A DNA stretch of 64,000 nt from Entomortierella parvispora E1425 (Eukaryota; Fungi; Mortierellomycota): positions 1 to 64,000 of the forward strand of contig BQFW01000002.1 of the NCBI GenBank assembly GCA_020891255.1. The letters are read 5' to 3'. Below are positions 54,901 through 64,000 of this stretch, piece after piece. The stretch's first letter is position 1. Each line of letters opens with the position of its first letter. A program made the position numbers and the translations under genes. Below the pieces are notes generated by a model. It saw only the letters and a program-made list of their open reading frames with translations, had not been told where the DNA came from and did no database searches.

Positions 54901-57900
54901 TCCGGGAGTTTCTCCGGAAAGACATCAGCGAACTCTTCCATGACAATGGACCGCACCTCTGGGGGTCATATCGGGAATTGTACGCGGTTGGTCAGTTTCT
55001 TCAGAGGGCTCTGGGGTGTTGCGAATAAGGGCCAGGAACACCTCCGAGCCGGGCAGGGTTGCCATGGAATGAAAGTGCATGTGTGTGAGGAGGAGTCCTT
55101 TGGTGCGGCTTTGGATGTGATCGGCCTTGAAGCCGCGGCAGCTCCATTTGACATCGATTCCATTGTGAGTGAAATGAAGATCGTTGGTGCGCCAATTGAT
55201 GCAAGGGTTAACTTTGGTGAGCCAGGGTTTGCCAAGGATGAGGTCGTATTTGTTGAGAGGATAGAGAATAGGGTTGAGCGAATCGGAGTAGTCGCTGCGG
55301 TTGAGGGTGATGGGGACGGTGTGTGATGTGAGGGAGGAAGAGCCATTGGGGAGGAGGATGGGGATGGGCAAGCATTCAGTGCGGAGGAGCTGGTGTCGCT
55401 TTTGAAAAGACGAACTGATAATATTACCTTCTGCACCACCATCAATCAGGATTCTGGCAGCGTGGCCATTGACAGAACCGATGAAAGTGAGCAGTTGGCT
55501 CTCTGCCTTTTGGACAGTGAATTCGTGTAGGCGAATCGCACGACGCTTCAACTTCTTCAACTGACTTTTTGGACAGAGGTACACTAGGTGCCGGCGGTAC
55601 AGCGAGAGGGTCCGGTTCATCTGTATCGGAGGATCTAGGTAGAGGAGCGGACAGGGCAACTGGAGCGGGCGAGGCAACAGGTTTTTTGGTTTGGTTTTGG
55701 TTTCGGTCCGATAGAACAACCAGAGCATCGTGGATGTGAGTTCGCTTGTCATGATTGGAGTCATGTTTCTGAGGTGTAGAATCAAGTGAAGTTTTATTTG
55801 AGGTACTTAGCTCAGGGTTGTTGGCTACAGTTTCGACAACTGGGGTCCGGACCGACCCTAGTTGCCGGAGGCTTTTCCCGAATCAGGGGATTCACCCGCG
55901 GTTACTTGATTAATTCCTCGGCTGCCGTTGCCGTACTTAGGGCAATTGGGACTGATGTGACCCAATTCGCGGCAGCGGAAGCAGCCACCGTTACGTACAA
56001 GGTACTCTCGGTCGGCGGCGGTCAGGGGTGCGGGGCGATCTCGAGAAGGGTTGTTAGTACCGTTGGTGGGGCGGTTCTGTAAGGAGCGGTGAAGGGTGCC
56101 GAGTTGCTTGTGGATATTGTTGAGTTGGATATGAATATTGTCCACTTCCATTGCGTTGGGGTCGGTGATACCAGCAGAGGATCCCGAGGCAGCCAGTGCT
56201 TTGGCACCGAGTGATGGGTCTTCAGTGTGGAAGATACGACCGAACTCCTCCGCGGCCTTAAAGAGTCTGGGCAGATCTATGGTGTCGTTGCCTGCATTAA
56301 CAATGGCCACTTCCAGCATCTGGCGAAGCTGAGTAGGTGCACCACTGAGAAAGGCAGTGCGGATAGTATCGTTGAGAACTGCGTTGTCGGCGTAGTAAGA
56401 CTGGAGGAGTAGGTGGTATTCACGGGCTTTGGTAATATAGGCCATGACGTTGGAGATGTTCAGTGGCAGTGTCATTTTCATTTGCATTGTGAGGGCGAGA
56501 ATGTGCTCCTTAAACTTCGCAGGGCTGAACTCGGCGGCAAGGAGCTCGCTGAAATCCGGGAATGAGGTGTCGGATGGCTTGTTTAAGAGTGCCCACCAGC
56601 CGATAACCTCATCGCCGGCAAAGGCAAGGGTAACCCCGACCTTGCGAGATTCGGCAATTCCAGCGCCATCGAAGAAAAAGGTCATGCGTTTCAGAAAACC
56701 GAGAACAGAGAATCCGTCGCGCTTGCCGTTGAACGGTGTTGGATGAGGGAATTTGAATGACGGTGTCGCGGAGTCCATGTTGGGTGAATTGTCGAGGGAG
56801 AGTTGATCGAAGAGGGATACGAGGGGGTCCAGGGTGTGAGTGTGTCGGAGGGTCAGTGGGTCAGTGAGGTCAGTGGATCGAAAACCTTTGCTACCATGCA
56901 ATAGGAGTATCGAGGGTGGAGTGGAGACAAGAAGTCAGTTTTATTATATTGCAAGTTTCTAGCTTTTGTAGGTACACATCGCGTGATGTCACCGTATTCC
57001 TGTTACATTTAGGTCAGCATGATACCAGAACAACTGTGCAAGCTGGTGGTCGGTCCATGTGATGTGAGGGTCGCTCAAATGGGTGAGAGGGAAGAGCACG
57101 TGGGTCTTGCCGACCACGGTGTTTAATCTCCAAAAGTTCTCGATCGCGGACTCATTTTCACGAATTGAATGATCCTCTCCGTGGATGTGAGCGCCGTCCT
57201 CTTCGAGCTGCGTACGATGAAAACAAAAGAACGGATTGTTATTAAACACGCGCTGATAAAATAATCCAGCTCTGCAGCGCGATATCAACATACCTTTTCT
57301 TTGATAGCAAGACTCGTATTGATATAGTGGCGTTGGATCTGGCCCTGAACGGTCCTTAACCAGGGTTCAACCAAAACAGTGGCAGAATAGGGGCAGCTTT
57401 CACTCTGATAAGGAAAACCTCTGTCCTTGATTTCATAAACGCGCAGTCGCTCTCGAAAGGCTCTGAGGGCTTCTGTTCCAGGATTTCCTGATATGAGAAA
57501 CCGGGCAAAGCAGGCCAGAAAGTTGCATTGTTGAGAATTGTTGACTTTCTTGCGCTTTTTTGGCCTGCTTCCGCTGCTCGCACTGACACTGCTGACGTCA
57601 GGACTGGTGCCTTCAGAACCAGGAATCCTTGGGCAAATAAGATCCAAGAAGATTCTGTCCTTATTGTCAACTACCGGCTGCTCTAGGACCGCATCAATGT
57701 AGCGTCCAAGTATCCGCTCAGTTTGTCTCCTGGCTGCTGTACTCACTTTCGCGGCCAGGGCAAGGCAATCGAAGACTGTTTGGCCATAGTTGCCCTGCTT
57801 ACAAGCCTGAAGAATGTTTGCCTTTAGACATCCGACTTTAGCTGTAACAAACGGATGATGACGACGCAGGTCTCTCTGCATTTGCTCTCTGGGATGAACC

Positions 57901-59473
57901 CTGCGCTTAGTTCCATCAGCTGCTGCGTTATCAACCATAGTGTTGTCCTCCTGAGCGCAACTACTTTCGTCGTTTTCCACCTCATCCTCGTCCTCATCCT
58001 CATCCTCCTTGCTGCTCTCTTCCTCTCGGGCAGGTTTTTGGTACGACTTCCAGTAATATTGTTCAGCCTCCAGTGCTGGTCCATGGTCTTTGGCCTGTCG
58101 TTCATGATACGAGTAGCGTGGTTTGATGTGTTTGTTTTTCGCGAGACTGACATCTGCCGCTGCGGGTCGATCGATTGTTCTGAATGGGTTGAAAGTCTGC
58201 TTTGAACCATGCCTCTTCGATGAAGGATAAAGTGACGAGCTATGACAAAGGTCATGACAGGTGTGAGTATCAGCGAAAAAGGTACAGGAGTATAGTATGC
58301 CAAAGGAGGATGCAAAGAGAAGGATCGGGAACTTACATTGCTTGTTCTTCTCCAGACAGCCTGGCGTCACGGCGCCTCTTTTCAAGACCGTCCCTAATTT
58401 CCTCGAGGTCTTTACAGACACTGACCCATGTAAAGGGCAGCAGGGTATCCGTTGGCGCTTGCACCGCCGTCTGCACCTTGTCCACAAAGACGCGTCTTGA
58501 ACCGGCAAACATTTGGGGATCGATGTTCTTGGCCGCCAAAAGACGATGGGAAAGGAACCGTTCAACCATCTGCTCAACCCCAATGTACTCAGACGCGTCT
58601 GAAAACGAACAGATAACGATGATCGTTAGTTGGTACTCACAATACATAGAAACAGAAATAGGAGTTTATATTACCTGCATCGCCAGAGTCAAGCTGCTTA
58701 ATAACATCAAGGGTCTTGACTGACCCGAATCCCTCAACGTTCTTGTTATAGTCGTTTTTGCTCACGATCGCAAAAGTTGTGAGCTGGACTCGGCTTAGAT
58801 CCAGCGAGGACATCACTTTCTCAACCGCACTCACAAGAAAGCGATCTTTGGTTATAGGGACAACCACGGTGTGAATAGTGTCGTAGGCGAACATGTCGCT
58901 GTCCCGAGACACAACAACATCGTGCGTTTGGCAGTCGGACGCGATTTCAGGATCTGCCTCAAAGCTACACACCCTGGCGTCGAATCCCTGCTGAATGAGA
59001 AACTGGACAAGATTGCTCTTGATCTCTGCGGGGAAATAGTAGGCGCTTGATAATAGGCGATGGGCCTTGTTGAACAAGCCTTTCGAGATGCGTTTGTCGT
59101 GGAGAGCTCTTTGTTGTATATCCTCCACAGTTGCTTTGGCTGCAATCAGCGACTTTTGCTGTTCTTGATGTCGAGACTTTGCCGTTGCCTGCTTTTCTTC
59201 GCAGGGCTTTCCATCAAAATAGAGAACGACGCTACTCTTGGGGACTCCACTTGTCTGTAAGAAATGGTTGATCAAAGCCAGCACTTTCTGGTGACCGATC
59301 TCCCATTTTTTCGTCGTATGATAACCGTAGTATGACCGAAGTTGACCAAAATACGTCGCCTGCATGTCGATCCTAATTTTTGTTCCTTCTGTGCACAGTT
59401 GATCGAGCGAAAGCACCAGATCTGGACGAAAGTTGACAGCGTCGAGTCTCTGTCGTAGAGCGGGCCACCCCAT
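49902..59473 (-). CDS. PIN(XPG/FEN1-like)-Fanzor/TnpB fusion nuclease, 5 exons, 1384 aa when reconstructed; this allele is interrupted by a Ty3/Gypsy insertion
   Basis: Exons 59473-58675, 58598-58337, 58239-57294, 57207-57008 joined to 51934-50452, and 50366-49902 have GT-AG boundaries and total 4155 nt. Removing the retroelement and one TSD copy gives ...FWYHADLKSKLQEMVRG... in frame. Confidence 0.88.
51940..52050 (-). repeat. 3' LTR (111 bp)
   Basis: Base-for-base identical to 56897-57007; preceded on the minus strand by the PPT. Confidence 0.97.
52051..52062 (-). other. Polypurine tract AAAAGGGGAAGG
   Basis: Lies immediately 5' of the 3' LTR on the element's sense strand. Confidence 0.9.
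52061..55879 (-). CDS. pol: Pol polyprotein (protease, RT, RNase H, integrase, chromodomain), broken by five 1-nt frameshifts in this assembly
   Basis: LIDGGAEGN (PR); YLDDLLIYS (RT); ETDASGFAIG and EQELLAV (RH); H...H...C..C and TMDFIGPLP (IN); GPF module; EYEVDEIL...FLVSFKGYG..ADEWLP (chromodomain). Confidence 0.95.
55858..56778 (-). CDS. gag: Gag with a CCHC zinc knuckle
   Basis: P.PFNGKRD motif and CFRCRELGHISPNC; TAG at 55860-55858. Confidence 0.92.
   Translation of the reverse strand: MDSATPSFKFPHPTPFNGKRDGFSVLGFLKRMTFFFDGAGIAESRKVGVTLAFAGDEVIGWWALLNKPSDTSFPDFSELLAAEFSPAKFKEHILALTMQMKMTLPLNISNVMAYITKAREYHLLLQSYYADNAVLNDTIRTAFLSGAPTQLRQMLEVAIVNAGNDTIDLPRLFKAAEEFGRIFHTEDPSLGAKALAASGSSAGITDPNAMEVDNIHIQLNNIHKQLGTLHRSLQNRPTNGTNNPSRDRPAPLTAADREYLVRNGGCFRCRELGHISPNCPKYGNGSRGINQVTAGESPDSGKASGN
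56866..56896 (-). other. Primer-binding site complementary to tRNA-iMet, with extended T-arm complementarity
   Basis: TGGTAGCAAAGG directly follows the 5' LTR, then TTTCGATCCACTGACCTC. Confidence 0.85.
56897..57007 (-). repeat. 5' LTR (111 bp)
   Basis: Identical to 51940-52050; contains AATATAATAAA on the sense strand. Confidence 0.97.
58675..59473 (-). other. XPG/FEN1/Exo1-type PIN 5' nuclease domain with H3TH motif (exon 1 of the fusion gene)
   Basis: RIDMQ, LYFDG..CEEKQATAKSR, FEAD, VVSRDSD and NDYNKNVEGFG acidic motifs in the expected order. Confidence 0.9.
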
Positions 59474-60342
59474 GTTGAAGTAAAAGGAAGAAACTGCAAG
59501 GAACAGAAATGCGCCCCAGGAGGAGGATCAGCAGTGAGAGTATGTGGATAGTGTCAAAGTAAAAAGAGTAGGACAAATGGAGTGGTTTGATATGAAGTAG
59601 GAGTATTCACGCTTGGCAGAGGTTTACTGGCAGTGAACTTGAAGAGAGAAAGAGAGAATAAAGGTCAAGAGGAGAGAAAGAAAGAGAGAAAGCTTGATGA
59701 AAACAACAGCTTGACAGCTTCATAGAATCAGTAAAGGCGACCAGGCGCACCACAGATTCAAAAGCTTTTCCTGTGTGCCATCACTTCACGACCGCATCTT
59801 GATGGCTGCCCCGAGTTACACTTTTGAAATTTGAATATGATGGATACACAGGTTGCAGACACTGCTTGTACGGCACTATTTATTTTGGACCTTAGGCAAC
59901 AACAGCAGGTCCCTGGGAACAACGACAACAGATTCATTGCACCACTATTCTTTGTCAATGTGGGCTGGCAGGGATATAATACAAAAAAACCAACAACTCT
60001 GGACCAGGGCTGGTTGTTATTTTCCGTGGACAACCAGCTCTCCAGTCCAATTGCACCGGCGCCTCATTTGGGCGATCGTGTTGTCCTGGTGGCGGTAGAC
60101 GCAGCTCTGGCTACTCTTTTACTGTTTCCCCCCTTTATCCCGGATGGTGTTTACCAACATGTGAGATATGAAGTTGGCGATGGTGCTGGTGCCTCTCAGT
60201 CTTTCAAACGCCGGCAGATGCTCAGACCACGTGATGTTATGCTGGGCATGTTTGCCACCAATTCGTTCTTTCTGACCGAGGTCGAGGGTCAAGGCATCCA
60301 TCCATCCATTTGCTCAACGATCCTTCCTCCCTCCCTCTCCTC

Positions 60343-63300
60343 ATGGCTGCAGACAAGAGAGCGCCCGTAAAGGCGCAGTCGACACTCTTGAGCTTTTTCA
60401 AACCCGCTGTAGCCACACCGACTACGCAGGATTCAAAAGCCACGCCTCCATCCAAAGACAAGAATGTCGCGCCTCTTTCTGAATCCGAGCCCACGGTCAA
60501 GGCACCCACACCCGGCAATTCAAAGTCTCCGACCTCTTCTCGGACCACAGGAAACCGCGCCGAGAAGGAAACTTTAAGCAAAACCAAAAGTCGGGATGAG
60601 GACGATGAATCTGAAGACGAACAGGATGCAATGGAAGAAACCAGGTCCAAAGACTCTTCTTCGACATTGCCCAAGGCTGCAGCCAAGGGCATGCTGTCCA
60701 GGCTCCAATACGAGAGTGAAAGCACCGAGTCCAGTACACCAGACAACAGCGGCGACACTCCCACGGCCCAAAAGCCGACTGCCAGCAACGGCAGCAGCAG
60801 CCTGAGTAGACAGGAAGCGTTTCGACAAAAGATCAGACAATCAGGCGCGTCGTCCCAAGCGACTCCCTCGCACGCCGACCCTACAACTCCTACCACGAAA
60901 CGGCGGCGACTCATTGTTTCTGAGGATGAAGATGAGGATGATGATGAGTACAAAGAGTCTGCTCAGCCAGTTGTCAAGAGAGCAGCTACCACGCCCACTC
61001 GCCCCATTCAGACCAAAGGCGGATCCAGTCGATCATCAAAGGCAAAGAGCATATATACACCCTTGGAGCAACAATACCTAGAGATCAAGGAACAATACCC
61101 GGATGCTATTCTTTGTATCGAAGTTGGATACAAGTTCCGATTCTTTGGCAACGATGCCGAGGTAAGTGTCTACATCAGCCATTCGGTTCAATCGTTTGAG
61201 AAATTAAAAAAAACCAGATTATTAATGGATCTCTCCGTTCTTAGATTGCTTCCAAGGAACTAAGCATCATGCACTTTATGGACCACAACTTCTTCACAGC
61301 CAGTATTCCAGTACATCGTCTCGATGTGCATGTACGAAGGTGAGTGTTCCTTAATCAATCTTTTGTTTGGATGTAATTTACTCGATTTCATGGCGACTGA
61401 CAAGGAGCGTTCTACCCTCCAATAGATTGGTTCATTCTGGATACAAAGTGGGCGTAGTTCGCCAAATCGAAACAGCAGCTCTAAAGTCGGCAGGCGATAA
61501 CAAGAGTGCACCATTCACCCGCAAACTCACCAATCTTTATACCAAGGCCACCTTTATTGAGAGTCTTGACCGCGACGAGGACCAGTTTGGCGGACATGAG
61601 CCTTCATCGCAATATATCATGAGCATCAGCGAGCAACCCCAGGGCGGATCTGGAGCGGACGAAAGAGTACTGGTCGCCATCATGGCAGTCCAGCCGGCGA
61701 CAGGCGATATCATTTACGACGAATTTATAGACGGACACTTTCGAAATGAGCTCGAGACTCGGCTTTTGCACATTCAGCCGACAGAACTCATTGTTCCAAT
61801 GGAGCCTATGAGCAAAGCGACAGAGAAGATTATCAAGCACCTGTCGTCTTCACGCCGTACGGCAGCTGTAACGAGTAGCCCGGATGATGTCCGCATTGAG
61901 CGTACCAATGGATTTCTCAAGTACGATAAGGCCTTCACGCTCGTCTCTGAATTTTACGCTGAGGGGGTCAAGGAGGAACAGCTGGCGTCAGGATCCAGCG
62001 GGAGCAAGACCGGTAGCAACAAAAGCCAGGCCGAGGTTCTTCTCACCACTGTTTTGGGTCTTTCAAAAAACTTAATCGTGGTCCTCGCAGCCATGATTTC
62101 TCATCTCTCAGATTTTGGACTGGCGCCAGTTTTCCGGCTCTCAAAGTACTTTGAGTGCTTCACCTCGCGATCACACATGTTGTTGAATGGAAACACGATC
62201 GCCAACCTTGAGATCTATAGGAACCAGACTGACTGGTCGAGTCGAGGCTCCTTGTTCTCGATTTTGGACCATACCGTGACTGGATTTGGGAAACGGCTCC
62301 TGAAAAAGTGGGTTGGAAAACCATTGGTGGACCGGATAGCATTGCAGGAGAGGATCGATGCAGTCGAAGAAATTTTGTCCACAAAGGGGACAAACATCCA
62401 TCTGGAAAATACCCGGAGCATGCTGAAAGGATTGATGGATCTTGAAAAGGGTGTTTGTCGCGTGCACTACGGAAAGGTAGGCCCAACTTTGACATGACCG
62501 ACATTGGATTCTCTCGCATCTGTGGCTAATATGGCGATTTTTTTTTCTGGGCAAAAAATAGTCGACACCCAAGGAGTTCTTGACCATCCTCAAGGCGTTT
62601 ACTCAAGTGGCCAAAGTGACGGAGCGGGCTGATCGGACAGAGCAGGATCAAGACTATGGACTGTCGAGTCCTATCTTGAGAAGACTTGTAGGATCTATGA
62701 GCAAGGCCAAAGAGGATACCGAGTACTTTGTTCAGTGTTTGGATGACAATGCAGCATTCAAGAACGACAAGTTGCAAATGTTCCGAACCGAGACCCTCGC
62801 TGAAAAATGGCCTGAAGTTTTGGAGCACAAGGATGTAAGTTTTCTGAATTTTGTCCGCTGATGATGTGGGTTATATCTCTGTTTTTCATTCTTGCGGTTT
62901 GAACATGGTTTTAATCCAAAGATTTGTCATACTTCCTGGACTTTAGAACATTGTGCAAACAGATGCTGAGCTACAAGAACATTTGATAGAGATAAGAAAG
63001 ACCTTACGGGAACCTCGACTTGAGTTTACTTCAGTCTCTGGAATTGATTATCTCGTGGAGGTCAAGAACAAGGATGTGGCCAAGATTCCCAAAGCTTGGA
63101 TCAAGATCAGCGGGTAAGGAATAGTTCTCACGGCAAGGCAACACCGGGGTCCTGACTCCAATATTGACACAAAAGCTGAAAAAAAAAAATGACGATAGGA
63201 CGAAGCAGGTATCCCGCTTCCACACTCCGGAGACCACTCGACTTGTCAACGAGAAAGCGCAACACCAGGAAAGACTCGTGCTGTCCTGTGAGCAAGCCTT

Positions 63301-64000
63301 CAAGGCCTTTCAACAGGAATTCTCTGATCGCTACGAGATCTTCCGGGATGTTGTTCAGAGCTTGGCTATCCTCGACTGCCTGTTTTCTTTGGCGACGGTA
63401 GCATGCCTGCCCAACTATGTCAAGCCCGAGTATGTTGACAATGGTGGAACCCACACGACCATTGACATCAAGAACGGGCGGCATCCCATGGTAGAGCAGC
63501 TCGTATCCCCTGGCACGTTTGTGCCGAACGATGTCCATTTCGGTCTCCACCCCGAAACGCAGGTAGCGGAGACGTCCATCCTCCTCACAGGACCCAACAT
63601 GGGCGGTAAAAGTTGTTATATCCGGCAAGTGGCGCTTCTGTGTATCATGGCGCAAATAGGATCCTATCTCCCAGCGGACTCTGCCCGCGTGTCCATGCTG
63701 GATGCAGTGTATACCAGAATGGGCGCATCGGACAATATTTTTGGACATGAGAGTACGTTCATGGTGGAGCTACAGGAAACATCAGATATCCTCAAGATGG
63801 CCACCTCAAAGTCGCTGGTGATCTTGGACGAGCTCGGAAGAGGAACGTCGACCTTGGACGGCGTGGCGATTGCGTACGCAGTATTGCGACATGTGGTTTC
63901 CTCCGTCCGGGCTACAACGCTGTTTGTGACCCATTATCCATCCTTGTCCGAGGTCGCGACAGAGTTTGCCGAGGGCACGATTCGAAACTTTCACATGGGA
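60343..64000 (+). CDS. MSH3: DNA mismatch repair protein Msh3 (MutS-beta), 3'-truncated by the window
   Basis: [11 protein letters not shown]-like box; YTPLEQQ...[13 protein letters not shown]; [16 protein letters not shown]; [10 protein letters not shown]; DELGRGTST. Confidence 0.96.

Larger units (their letters stand above)
51940..57007 (-). mobile_element. Full-length chromoviral Ty3/Gypsy LTR retrotransposon (5068 bp)
   Basis: Identical 111-bp TG...CA LTRs; TTTAG TSD at 51935-51939 and 57008-57012; PBS, PPT, gag, and pol in PR-RT-RH-IN-chromodomain order. Confidence 0.97.

Noticed and set aside
55786-56746. Antisense ORFs within gag/pol and housekeeping genes (e.g. 17253-18161, 39183-39737)
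   Set aside because: Shadow ORFs caused by codon bias on the opposite strand.
60009-60038. 9-bp-stem hairpin (GCTGGTTGT/ACAACCAGC) between the PIN-Fanzor gene and MSH3, resembling an IS200/IS605 end hairpin
   Set aside because: No Y1 transposase and no matching hairpin at the other end; equally explicable as MSH3 promoter sequence. Worth revisiting once paralogue ends are aligned.
58675-64000. Functional linkage of an Exo1/FEN1-like domain head-to-head with MSH3
   Set aside because: The PIN domain is fused to a transposon-type Fanzor, and a single adjacency in a eukaryote is weak evidence.

Overview
This is the first 64 kb of a chromosome from an early-diverging fungus. It is intron-rich and about 50% GC; Mortierellaceae is my inference from gene content and style. 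The window opens with an irregular telomere array (CCCTA3-7, modal unit T6AG3) and about 3 kb of purine-skewed subtelomeric tandem repeats. A dense run of mostly housekeeping genes follows: NCS1 permease, COP1, a hypothetical gene, reticulon, HMT1, CDH1, RPL25, COX7A-like, a Kelch membrane protein, a sphingomyelin-synthase-like gene, CUL1, metacaspase, MDH, ORC5, an ML-domain protein, ADP-ribosylglycohydrolase, PRO3, a second hypothetical gene, and MSH3 (cut off by the window end). The standout locus is 49902-59473 (minus strand). A young chromoviral Ty3/Gypsy element (51940-57007; identical 111-bp LTRs, TTTAG target-site duplication) sits inside a 5-exon gene. Removing the element restores an open 1384-aa ORF. 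It fuses an XPG/FEN1-type PIN 5' nuclease to a Fanzor/TnpB-like RuvC nuclease that retains the rearranged D-E-D catalytic motifs and a zinc ribbon. The retroelement has further notable features: a bipartite tRNA-iMet primer-binding site, a -1 frameshift signal, and LTR ends that could be spliced out of the host gene in frame. All assignments come from reading motifs by eye; no database searches or folding programs were run.
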